Source of the DNA: an uncultured Gammaproteobacteria bacterium
Lineage (GTDB): Bacteria; Patescibacteriota; Microgenomatia; Levybacterales; UBA12049
Reading direction: 5' to 3'
Assembly: GCA_964521295.1 (NCBI GenBank)
Contig: CAZFRF010000001.1
Location: 206,146-270,145, forward strand
Length of the DNA stretch: 64,000 nt
Shown here: in pieces, positions 20,318-28,752 of the stretch
Position numbering within the stretch: the stretch's first letter is position 1
Layout of the letters: the number at the start of each line of letters is the position of its first letter
Made by a program: the position numbers and the translations under genes
Notes under the pieces: generated by a model
Database searches by the model: none
What the model was told of the DNA's origin: nothing
The model's input: only the letters and a program-made list of their open reading frames with translations

Positions 20318-22045
20318 ATGATATTTCTTTTATTTTTTTCATTTATCGCAGGAGTGGTTACGGTCTTATCCCCTTGTATTCTACCGATACTTCCCATAAT
20401 TTTAACTTCAAGTATTGGTGGGATAAATAAAGGGAAAGCAAGGCCATTAGGCGTCGTAAGTGGATTCGTATTAAGTTTTACCTTCTTTACTCTTTTTCTG
20501 TCTACAATTGTAAAATTAATTGGTATCCCTGCTGATTCATTGAGGCTTTTTTCAATAATAGTTATAGCTGGATTTGGTTTCTCTCTTCTTGTGCCAAAAT
20601 TCCAAGAAATTATAGAAAAAATGTTTTCAAAACTAGCTTCTTTTATGCCTGTTAGTCAAAATAGACAGGGTTTTAGCGGAGGTTTAATTATTGGTTTATC
20701 AGTTGGACTCTTGTGGACTCCTTGCGTAGGTCCAATTTTAGCTTCAGTAATTACTTTGGCGATAACAGGAAGCGTAACTTTTGAGTCATTCTTAATTACA
20801 CTTGCTTATTCTTTTGGTACTGCTATTCCGATGTTTTTAATAATTTTGGGTGGGCAAAACACTTTTAAACGAATCCCTTGGTTACTTAATAATTTAGTCC
20901 ATATCCAAAAAGTATTTGGAATTATTATGATTTTAACTTCGATTGCAATATTTTTTAATATTGATCGCAAATTTCAAACTTTCGTTTTAGATACTTTTCC
21001 TCAATATGGAACGGGTTTAACTAAATTTGAAGAAAATGATCTTGTAAAAAAATCTCTGGATTATAAAATCGTAAATGAAGTTAAAAAAGAAGATATGGGT
21101 AAGCCAATGTTTGACTTGCTTAATCCAAAAGACATACTTGCTCCAGACATAATTGCCGGTGGAGATTGGTTTAACAGTGAGCCACTAAGCTTAGCGAAAT
21201 TAAAAGGGAAAGTAGTCTTAATTGATTTTTGGACATATTCATGTATTAATTGTCAGAGAACATTACCCTATTTACGTACTTGGTATGACAAATATAAAGA
21301 TAAAGGTCTAGTAATAATAGGCGTACATTCCCCTGAATTTGAATTTGAAAAAAATAAAGATAATGTTTCTACTGCAATTAAAGATTTTGGCTTAACTTAT
21401 CCAATTGTTCAGGACAATGACTTTGCTACATGGAAAGCATACAGCAATAGATATTGGCCTGCAAAATATTTTATCGATAAAGAAGGATATGTTCGTTATG
21501 CCCATTTTGGAGAAGGTGCATACGATGAATCAGAGAAAGTTATACAAGAATTGTTAAAAGAAGCTGGCTCAACTGACTTAAGCGAGAAGATAAGTAACCC
21601 AGCCTATCAAGTACAGACAAATACTCCGGAGATATATTTAGGCTACAACCGTATAGATCATTTTGCTTCTTTGGAAGCAATTAAAAAAGATGAGCTAGGA
21701 CAATATTCTGCTCCCGAGGATTTGGGATATAACGAGATGGCTTACGAAGGACAATGGAACGTCATGAGTGAATACGCAAATCCTCAAAAAGGGGCCAAGC
21801 TTTATTTAAATTTTGATTCCAAAGAATTATTTTTGGTTATGCGCACCAAAGGCTTACCAGCAAAAGTTAGAATATATGTAGATAATAAGATGCAGTTTTT
21901 CGGCGATGACGTAGCTAATGGAATGATTACAATTAATGAGGATAAGCTATATAAATTGATTAAATTGCCAACTGCTGGACAACATAATCTCCGCTTAGAG
22001 TTTGATGACAGTAATGCTGAACTCTATGCATTTACCTCAGGGTAA
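20318..22045 (+). CDS. dipZ: DipZ-type CcdA-thioredoxin fusion
   Basis: SPCILP and WTPCVGP (CcdA), DFWTYSCINC (Trx), C-terminal beta domain. Confidence 0.9.
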   Translation: MIFLLFFSFIAGVVTVLSPCILPILPIILTSSIGGINKGKARPLGVVSGFVLSFTFFTLFLSTIVKLIGIPADSLRLFSIIVIAGFGFSLLVPKFQEIIEKMFSKLASFMPVSQNRQGFSGGLIIGLSVGLLWTPCVGPILASVITLAITGSVTFESFLITLAYSFGTAIPMFLIILGGQNTFKRIPWLLNNLVHIQKVFGIIMILTSIAIFFNIDRKFQTFVLDTFPQYGTGLTKFEENDLVKKSLDYKIVNEVKKEDMGKPMFDLLNPKDILAPDIIAGGDWFNSEPLSLAKLKGKVVLIDFWTYSCINCQRTLPYLRTWYDKYKDKGLVIIGVHSPEFEFEKNKDNVSTAIKDFGLTYPIVQDNDFATWKAYSNRYWPAKYFIDKEGYVRYAHFGEGAYDESEKVIQELLKEAGSTDLSEKISNPAYQVQTNTPEIYLGYNRIDHFASLEAIKKDELGQYSAPEDLGYNEMAYEGQWNVMSEYANPQKGAKLYLNFDSKELFLVMRTKGLPAKVRIYVDNKMQFFGDDVANGMITINEDKLYKLIKLPTAGQHNLRLEFDDSNAELYAFTSG

Positions 22046-22051
22046 ATTAAT

Positions 22052-23383
22052 TTAAGACAATTTGAATTTAAATTTATTAAATAAATTATATTTTAAATTG
22101 ATAAACATTTTTAAATAAAAAACTAAAAATATAATAATCGTTGCTGCGCTCACGAAATAAGAAAAATTAACGCTTAATACAAGGTCTTCAAATTGTTGAA
22201 AAAGAAATAGTTCGTATTCTGAAATTACATAAAGGTTAATAAAGTGTAAAAAGCTTAAGAAAAGATACAAGGCCCAATATTTGTTCTTTAACGCTACCCA
22301 GGTAATCATTAATGGAAAAATTGGATACAAATATCTTTCGTGCATTTTAGGCAAAAATAAGAATCCTGCAAAAAGTACCATAAAAGATATAAAAAATAGC
22401 ATTTCAGTATTTGGTTTTTTTGACTTAATAATTTTTATTATTTGTAAAATCATAGGTATACAAATAACAGCAAACAAACCGTATGCCCACCAGAGAATAT
22501 TGATATTTAAGAAAGATTTAATAAATAACTGCGTAGTTGCTAGTCTTAAGGGGTTAAGTAGTAGCCACCAAAAATTATATGCATTTACCGTGATCGTTTG
22601 TTCTATGCCATTGGCTATATAGATAAAAGAATTAAATGCTGAGAAAGGATTTTGCCAGAAAGGAAAAGAAAGAGTCGTAAATAAAATTATATTTAAGACA
22701 AAAGGTTTAATAAATAACTTAGGTTTAATAAAGTTACCAAAAATCATAAAAAGAAGATAAAATGGCATAACAGGAAAAAGAGAAAATTTAGTAAATATTG
22801 ATAAGAATAAGAAGAATACAGTTAAAAAGCTGCGTTTTTTAATAAGAAAAACAATTGATAAGTAGAAAAATAAATTATTAATAGAATCCATTTGTCCCCA
22901 AACTGAACTGTTATAAATAATTGGAGGACCTAATAAATATAGAGCGCTTGCAAGTAAGGATTTTTTCTCGCCAATATAGCCTCGTAAAAATAAATATATA
23001 AATAGTCCTAAAATTAAATCAGCAATAATTGAAGGAAATCTTATAAAAAATACTAGTAAAATATCATTAATCCAATGTGCTTTTCCAGGATCTAAATGTA
23101 GAAAATGAACTAATGTCTTGGCGGTTAACAAAAAGACTTCATATGTTCCCCTTAATACATAAATAGTTCCTGGGGGTTGATCAACATCCCTCATTCCACC
23201 CGGAGATTTTACTGTATAAACCTTATCTATCCCGTAGGAATAACTTTTGTATACCCACTCTTTATAGATGTAAAAATCTACGTGTGGATATCGATGCATT
23301 ACTTGCGTGAAGAAAAAAAGTCTTAGTATAAAAGAAAAAAATATAAGCAGGATTATAAATTTGAAGCTCAACAATTTACTCAC
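22052..23383 (-). CDS. GT-C family glycosyltransferase (mannosyltransferase-like)
   Basis: DQPPG, NSSVWGQMDS, MHERY motifs; polytopic. Confidence 0.8.
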   Translation of the reverse strand: MSKLLSFKFIILLIFFSFILRLFFFTQVMHRYPHVDFYIYKEWVYKSYSYGIDKVYTVKSPGGMRDVDQPPGTIYVLRGTYEVFLLTAKTLVHFLHLDPGKAHWINDILLVFFIRFPSIIADLILGLFIYLFLRGYIGEKKSLLASALYLLGPPIIYNSSVWGQMDSINNLFFYLSIVFLIKKRSFLTVFFLFLSIFTKFSLFPVMPFYLLFMIFGNFIKPKLFIKPFVLNIILFTTLSFPFWQNPFSAFNSFIYIANGIEQTITVNAYNFWWLLLNPLRLATTQLFIKSFLNINILWWAYGLFAVICIPMILQIIKIIKSKKPNTEMLFFISFMVLFAGFLFLPKMHERYLYPIFPLMITWVALKNKYWALYLFLSFLHFINLYVISEYELFLFQQFEDLVLSVNFSYFVSAATIIIFLVFYLKMFINLKYNLFNKFKFKLS

Positions 23384-23444
23384 TAAATGTATTATTAAAG
23401 TAAATTAACTGAAATTACAAGAAATAAAAAGAGGAAATCTATAG

Positions 23445-23516
23445 TGAGCCGACCGAGATTCGAACTCGGGACCAAGAGCTTAAAAGGCTCCTGCTCTACC
23501 GCTGAGCTATCGGCCC
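23445..23516 (-). tRNA. tRNA-Lys(TTT)
   Basis: GGGCCGA...TCGGCTC-A, anticodon arm GAGC-CT-TTT-AA-GCTC, GTTCGAAT. Confidence 0.95.
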
Positions 23517-23612
23517 ACGTAATTAGCATCATTAATTATACCAATAGCCTTGAGTATTGACAAGCAAATACTAAAAACTATATAACTTACATAAATTGAA
23601 AGGAGGTGAATT

Positions 23613-24272
23613 ATGACAGATATTGGCAGTACAATAGTTACTTCTTTTAACAATGCTTTCTACGCTACTGTAAACTTTATACCAAGATTTTTAACTGGTG
23701 CAATAATTTTAGTAATTGGTTTAATAGTTGGATCACTAGTAAAACAAGCAATTGTTACAGGGTCGAAAACCTTAAAAGTTGAAAGCTATTTAAAAAAATA
23801 TGGAGTTCCAGAATTACAAAGTGAATTTTCTTGGACAAATATCTTAGCTGAAATCGCTAGATGGTTTATTATCGTAGTGTTTTTAGTTCCTACAGCAGAT
23901 GTTTGGGGACTTCCACAAATAATTACAATTTTAAATCAAGTTTTGTTCTATATTCCTAATGTCTTTATAGCAGCTGTAATTGCTTTGGTTGGATTTGTTT
24001 TTGCCAGAATTGCACATGATGTAGTACTTGCATCAGTAAAAGGTGTTGATTCTCAAACAGCCAATACTTTAGCTCAAGTTGTTAGATGGGCAATTGCAAT
24101 TTTTGTAATTCTAGCTGTACTAAATCAATTAGGAGTTGCTTCTGATTTAATCAGAATACTCTTTACTGGTTTCGTAGCAATGATTGCTTTAGCTGGAGGA
24201 ATTGCATTTGGATTCGGTGGACAAGGAGTAGCAAAAGACATATTAGAAGGTATAAGGAAAAAATTGAAATAG
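23613..24272 (+). CDS. TM-helix repeat protein (CmpX/MscS-associated family)
   Basis: Repeated F/YIP..+.A..I motif, LAGGIAFGFGG end; AGGAGGTG SD. Confidence 0.85.
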   Translation: MTDIGSTIVTSFNNAFYATVNFIPRFLTGAIILVIGLIVGSLVKQAIVTGSKTLKVESYLKKYGVPELQSEFSWTNILAEIARWFIIVVFLVPTADVWGLPQIITILNQVLFYIPNVFIAAVIALVGFVFARIAHDVVLASVKGVDSQTANTLAQVVRWAIAIFVILAVLNQLGVASDLIRILFTGFVAMIALAGGIAFGFGGQGVAKDILEGIRKKLK

Positions 24273-24275
24273 AAT

Positions 24276-24305
24276 TTGCCTTTGTGCCTACTTTTACGGT
24301 ATAAT
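24276..24305 (+). promoter_or_regulatory. Sigma70-like promoter of tRNA-Glu
   Basis: TTGCCT-18 nt-TATAAT ending 8 nt before the tRNA. Confidence 0.6.
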
Positions 24306-25852
24306 TATGTTATGCCGCCATCGTCTAGTGGCCTAGGACACCTGGTTTTCAGCCAGGGAATCAGGGGTTCGACTCCCCTTGGCGGTACTAAAGTTGTTTT
24401 TTCTACGTTGGCATTAGCGATTAGCTTGAAAGGAAGGCCTAACTCCTCGGTTCCAATATCATCATCTTTATAATAAATACCTTTTGGAAACAAAAGCTGT
24501 TGGAATCTTAACTTTTGATCAAAGGGTGCATCTAGCCATATTGTAGATACCTTCTTAAATAACTCTTCAGAAAGACTCATTAAATAGTCTATGTCTGCGT
24601 CAATGTTCTTAATTTCGTCTCTTTCCACTTCGTTGGTGACAATATTAGCTTTGACGATTTCCATTTGTTCTTTAAAATCATCATCTGAGATTATTCCTTT
24701 TAAATTCTTTTCAAGCAACATTTGCCTTCGAATGTTAAGATTATGTAGGCCTTTATCTATTCTTGCTTTATCTACAAGTACTGACTGTTGTTTCATTTTC
24801 CAAACATCTGTCAATATTTCCTTAAAAAGTTTAATAAATGCTTCATTAGGTTGTATTTGCTTTAATAAATAAATAAAAGATTCTTCTAGGCGTTCTTTTC
24901 TTACTCGTGTTTCTCCGCAAATGCAATGGTAATAAGCGTATTTGTTTGATCGTCCCGTAGACTTGCTTCCTGTTAAATTCTTACCACATGAAAGACACTT
25001 TGCAATTCCTCTTAATGGAAACTCAGGATTGTTAACTATCCTTGGAACTGCTGACACCGATCTTCCCTCACGTACCATCTGAGCCCTCTGAAATAAGTTA
25101 GGTGAGATTATTTTCTCATGTAAGCCTTCTTGCTCATCCCAGTCTTTTACCTTGATTATGCCCATATAAAGCTTGTTCTCTAAAATTTTGGTAACTGTTT
25201 GAGGAGACAATTTATTGTCTTTCTTGGTTCTTACGCCCCATTTATTAAATCTGTCAGTAATTTGTTTTATTGAATAGTTGCCCGAAGCATAAAGCTCAAA
25301 AGCTTGACGAACAAATGTAGCATTTTTTTCATCTATCACCATTCCAGTTGGAGTATTTCTATATCCTAATGGAGGAGCCCATGCCCATAGACCTTGTCTT
25401 ACGCGTTCCTTAAGACCTTCCCGCGTTCTGTCTGCTCGAACATCATTATCGAATTGAGCAACTGCAGCAAACATATTTTCTAAGAATTTTCCAGTCGAAC
25501 TTTCATCAATATTTTCATTCACTGATCTTAGAACAACACCGCATCTTGATAATGCAGCTCTAATGTAATGATGATCGTCCGCTTGCCTTGCAAACCTATC
25601 TATTTTGTGGACTAACACAGCATCTACTTTACCTTTGTTCTTTATGCAATATTCAAGCATTTTGCCAAGCTGAGTTCTATCAGCTGATCTAGCTGATTCT
25701 CCTTGTTCTTCAAATATTTGAAGAACATTCCAGCCCTGCTTTTCAGCATACTCGCTACATAGTTTTCTTTGAGAATCGAGACTATAACCCTGAAGCTGTT
25801 CTTTAGAGCTTACTCGGGTATAGACAACAACATTCATAATACTCTTACTCAT
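24305..25852 (-). CDS. Large serine recombinase/integrase; last 25 aa read antisense across tRNA-Glu
   Basis: YTRVSS catalytic motif, KIDRFAR, recombinase domain, Zn ribbon CLSC...YYHCIC, coiled coil. Confidence 0.95.
   Translation of the reverse strand: MSKSIMNVVVYTRVSSKEQLQGYSLDSQRKLCSEYAEKQGWNVLQIFEEQGESARSADRTQLGKMLEYCIKNKGKVDAVLVHKIDRFARQADDHHYIRAALSRCGVVLRSVNENIDESSTGKFLENMFAAVAQFDNDVRADRTREGLKERVRQGLWAWAPPLGYRNTPTGMVIDEKNATFVRQAFELYASGNYSIKQITDRFNKWGVRTKKDNKLSPQTVTKILENKLYMGIIKVKDWDEQEGLHEKIISPNLFQRAQMVREGRSVSAVPRIVNNPEFPLRGIAKCLSCGKNLTGSKSTGRSNKYAYYHCICGETRVRKERLEESFIYLLKQIQPNEAFIKLFKEILTDVWKMKQQSVLVDKARIDKGLHNLNIRRQMLLEKNLKGIISDDDFKEQMEIVKANIVTNEVERDEIKNIDADIDYLMSLSEELFKKVSTIWLDAPFDQKLRFQQLLFPKGIYYKDDDIGTEELGLPFKLIANANVEKTTLVPPRGVEPLIPWLKTRCPRPLDDGGIT
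24314..24387 (+). tRNA. tRNA-Glu(TTC), integration target
   Basis: GCCGCCA...TGGCGGT-A, anticodon arm CCTGG-TT-TTC-AG-CCAGG, GTTCGAC. Confidence 0.96.
24384..24392 (+). repeat. attL core GGTACTAAA
   Basis: Exact 9-bp match to 31116-31124; context TTGGCGGTACTAAA vs TTGGGGTACTAAA. Confidence 0.8.
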
Positions 25853-26036
25853 AATTATGATTTCTTTTTGAGGCTAAATCAATACCTGTAGTTGTGTCTT
25901 TGGAACCAACGATATCTGAAATAACTCCAGCTAATTTAGTAAAGATATTTATCAATTCCTCAATTTCTCTATCGGTATACTTATCTGAAGATTTACCTAA
26001 TATTTTCCTTGCCTTCTTAACAGAAAATGGCTCCAT
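25845..26036 (-). CDS. Small protein overlapping the recombinase start (candidate directionality factor/regulator)
   Basis: 63 aa, SVKKARKILG...YTDREIEEL helical pattern, 8-nt overlap with the LSR start. Confidence 0.7.
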   Translation of the reverse strand: MEPFSVKKARKILGKSSDKYTDREIEELINIFTKLAGVISDIVGSKDTTTGIDLASKRNHNYE

Positions 26037-26121
26037 AATATTAGTATGTGGGAATATGTGGCCAAGTGTAAGATTAGGGCACTTTTTGTACTCAATTTAC
26101 AAGACAATTACGCTCAGAGGA

Positions 26122-26331
26122 TTAGATCAGATCTCTTGCTTTAGCTCCTAAAGCTTTTGCAATTTTGTTGAGAGAGTCTATACTTGGTCTACGCTGGCCC
26201 GTCTCTAATAAGCCAATGAAGGTTGTACTTAACCTTACTTTATCAGCTAATTCCTCTTGTGTTAATCCTACTTGCTTTCTCATTCTTTTTAAACGATTAG
26301 CAAAAGCTTTGTCCTTATTGGTTATTGCCAT
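26122..26331 (-). CDS. XRE-family HTH regulator (controller-protein-like)
   Basis: RLKRMRKQVGLTQEELADKV...LETGQRRPSIDSLNKIAKAL. Confidence 0.92.
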   Translation of the reverse strand: MAITNKDKAFANRLKRMRKQVGLTQEELADKVRLSTTFIGLLETGQRRPSIDSLNKIAKALGAKARDLI

Positions 26332-26400
26332 ATGCTAAGGCTAGCAAGAATTGGCAAATAAGTTTATTAACTACAAGTACAGATTTCATAGCTAAAACTA

Positions 26401-26429
26401 TTGACATTTTACTAACTGACAGTTATGCT
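26401..26429 (+). promoter_or_regulatory. Sigma70 promoter with a palindrome in the spacer
   Basis: TTGACA-17 nt-TATGCT; AACTG-A-CAGTT at 26414-26424; ATG 7 nt downstream at 26437. Confidence 0.7.
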
Positions 26430-26436
26430 CATTCCG

Positions 26437-26790
26437 ATGGAGAAAAATAAAAAAAATTGGTTATCCTCCTTGCTAATAGTAATTTTTGGGCCTTTTGGCA
26501 TGTTCTTTTGGGGTTTACGAGTAGGATTAGCTTCTCTAGTAGGAATTGCTGTCTTTATACTAATAACAACTATTTTAAGCTATGGAGTAGATATCAAATA
26601 TCAACTCCTCATAAGGATTGTTTACTTAATCATTCACGTTAAATTATTAAGAATGGATGATCAAGAGACCGAAAACCTAAGACATATAGGAGTCAAAGAG
26701 TTCTTATACCTGTCAAGCATGATTCTTTTAAACTTCCTTTTTTTTGGATTCCTGGGATTTATTGCTATTTCAATATTGAAGAGGTTCTAG
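26437..26790 (+). CDS. Hypothetical multi-pass membrane protein (element cargo)
   Basis: About 4 hydrophobic segments; start inferred from promoter position. Confidence 0.7.
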   Translation: MEKNKKNWLSSLLIVIFGPFGMFFWGLRVGLASLVGIAVFILITTILSYGVDIKYQLLIRIVYLIIHVKLLRMDDQETENLRHIGVKEFLYLSSMILLNFLFFGFLGFIAISILKRF

Positions 26791-27156
26791 ATGAAAAACA
26801 AAATTATAGCTATTTTTGTTTTGACGATTATTGTATTCGCAATAACAGTGTTTGACATTAATCATACAATATCCAAGTTTGAAGCTGAGCAGCTTGTGAA
26901 GTCCCAATCTGAAGTCGCAAAATTAACAGCAGATACTACAATAAACTGGCATGTTGATGCAATTAATAAAGAAGATTATTGGATAGTTCAGGTTTATCAA
27001 GTTGTTCAGTATAAAGATCATCCGGAAAACAATCATGAGTCTACATTTAATTGGTACAAAGTTGATAAAAAATCTGGTCAAATTACCTGCTCTATGTTCT
27101 TATATGATTCAAAAGGTGTATTAAATAAAAATGGGAAAGTAAATAATTGCTACTAG
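26791..27156 (+). CDS. Hypothetical exported/anchored protein (element cargo)
   Basis: N-terminal signal/TM, small beta-rich domain (YWIVQVY...WYKVDKKSG), two C-terminal Cys; abuts the previous gene. Confidence 0.7.
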   Translation: MKNKIIAIFVLTIIVFAITVFDINHTISKFEAEQLVKSQSEVAKLTADTTINWHVDAINKEDYWIVQVYQVVQYKDHPENNHESTFNWYKVDKKSGQITCSMFLYDSKGVLNKNGKVNNCY

Positions 27157-27328
27157 ATGTCTTCTTTCTAACGACTAGCTTATCGGTTCAAGACACGATC
27201 AGTAATCTTGAAATGAGACGAAGTTCTGACTTTAAAGCTATTTAAATTTGTAAAAATCCCCTCAAACGTCTATAAACTATAAATCCTGCGGTACTAATCT
27301 TGACTACGAAGGTTTTTAAACTCTAGCT

Positions 27329-27344
27329 ATGTAATACATTACAT
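27329..27344. repeat. Palindrome ATGTAAT-AC-ATTACAT (copy C)
   Basis: Perfect 7-bp inverted repeat related to copies A and B. Confidence 0.7.
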
Positions 27345-27496
27345 GTATTTAATTACACAGCTAATAATTTTGCAATTAAATAACTTTACTATCTTATAAT
27401 ATCATACTTTAGCTTCAATTGTAAGAAATCTGCGCCAGTAAATAGCTTCTTCTTTACTTTGTTCAAGATACTGCTGGGACTCCCAAGCGTTTTTAA

Positions 27497-27516
27497 TGTG
27501 TAATCATTACATGTTT
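27497..27516 (+). repeat. Palindromic direct repeat copy B, TGTGTAATCATTACATGTTT
   Basis: 18/20 identical to 30941-30960. Confidence 0.8.
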
Positions 27517-27571
27517 TGATGGTATATATTTATGTCAATACAATCATGAAATGGGATCTATCTGCGTAAGA

Positions 27572-28750
27572 CTAATTGAGTGGTGCGTCAGGCTTACTTA
27601 TGTTCTTAATTAATTCTACAAGCTTTGCTGCTTTATTATCAAAATATTCTTTATAGAATTGGCTTGAATTCATTTGAATAATTTCAATCTTCTCTGGACT
27701 TATTTGCTTAACGTTATAGATTTTGCTACTTATATCTGACTCTTGTATTCTTTTTATTTTATCAGCAATTTTCTTTGATATTTCTTTAGGATTTTTTTCA
27801 CCCTTAAATGGAGAAACAATTATTAGTTTTTTTTCAGGATATTTATTTACAGATTCAATAATTAAATTATTGATATATGTGTCAAAAAAGCTATATCCGA
27901 TTATAATAAAGAAATCTCTTTCATCAAGAATTTCTTTGAATCGAAAGGTCAAGCTAAGAAAAGGGTCGACAGATAACATTTTCGCCTCTTGTCCAAATAT
28001 TAGAAGTGGAATAAATGAGGTGAGGGGTAATTTATCTTCTTTTCTAACTTGTCCCTTCATTATTTCATCGTCAACACCTGCTATAGATTTTGTCCAGTTT
28101 AAAGAACCGTGTATTTTGTAGTAATTCATCCTATATTTTTCAACCTGATCTTGGCTATCAAACGCATTTTGCCAATCTCCTGATTGAAAACCATCGTTCA
28201 ATACAGTTTCAGCTGATGTGTTAAAGAATTTTTCAAAAACAAGATCATAGTTTATTGTAAAAAAATCCAGAACAAATGGTTTATCGCTAGTATCAGTAAG
28301 AAATTGTTTAACTGGAGTAAGTAACGTCTGTGATTTGGGAGCATCAAAAGATAACCAATTTGGTAGATATGTATATTCAATCTTAGAAAGCAAAGTCTTA
28401 AAAACATCTTGTTCCCTATACTCAAATTTTAATATCTTTTCACTCCAATTGCCTACCATCGGATGAGGAATTATATAGTCACGATTGACAATTTTTCTTA
28501 AAAGAAATACAAATTCTTCGATATTTGGAATATAATCCGTTTGCTTTGAAGCAATATTTTTCCAACTTTTTTGGTATTCAAGACAAGAAATAATAAATCT
28601 AAAAATTTCAACTTCATCCTTATTTCCTTCATGCTCTATTATTCGACCAAGGTCATCAATCATCATTTTTGAAGTTTTACAACCAGCCTCAACCGTAGCG
28701 CCCGCTCCTGTAAAAAAAACTACCTTTTTTGATAATTCTTCAAGTGTCAT
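27572..28750 (-). CDS. Sir2-family (SIR2_2-like) putative NADase, pAgo-associated
   Basis: VFFTGAGAT, FTINYD, YKIHGSLNW, IIGYSFFD motifs; ATG 2 nt after the pAgo stop. Confidence 0.9.
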   Translation of the reverse strand: MTLEELSKKVVFFTGAGATVEAGCKTSKMMIDDLGRIIEHEGNKDEVEIFRFIISCLEYQKSWKNIASKQTDYIPNIEEFVFLLRKIVNRDYIIPHPMVGNWSEKILKFEYREQDVFKTLLSKIEYTYLPNWLSFDAPKSQTLLTPVKQFLTDTSDKPFVLDFFTINYDLVFEKFFNTSAETVLNDGFQSGDWQNAFDSQDQVEKYRMNYYKIHGSLNWTKSIAGVDDEIMKGQVRKEDKLPLTSFIPLLIFGQEAKMLSVDPFLSLTFRFKEILDERDFFIIIGYSFFDTYINNLIIESVNKYPEKKLIIVSPFKGEKNPKEISKKIADKIKRIQESDISSKIYNVKQISPEKIEIIQMNSSQFYKEYFDNKAAKLVELIKNISKPDAPLN

Positions 28751-28752
28751 GC

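Noticed and set aside
24276-24473. 65-aa + strand ORF
   Set aside because: It is the reading-through of tRNA-Glu and its promoter, antisense to the recombinase
27160-27570. Possible CRISPR array or ncRNA in the long intergenic region
   Set aside because: Only two or three short palindromes with irregular spacing; no repeat-spacer periodicity and no cas genes
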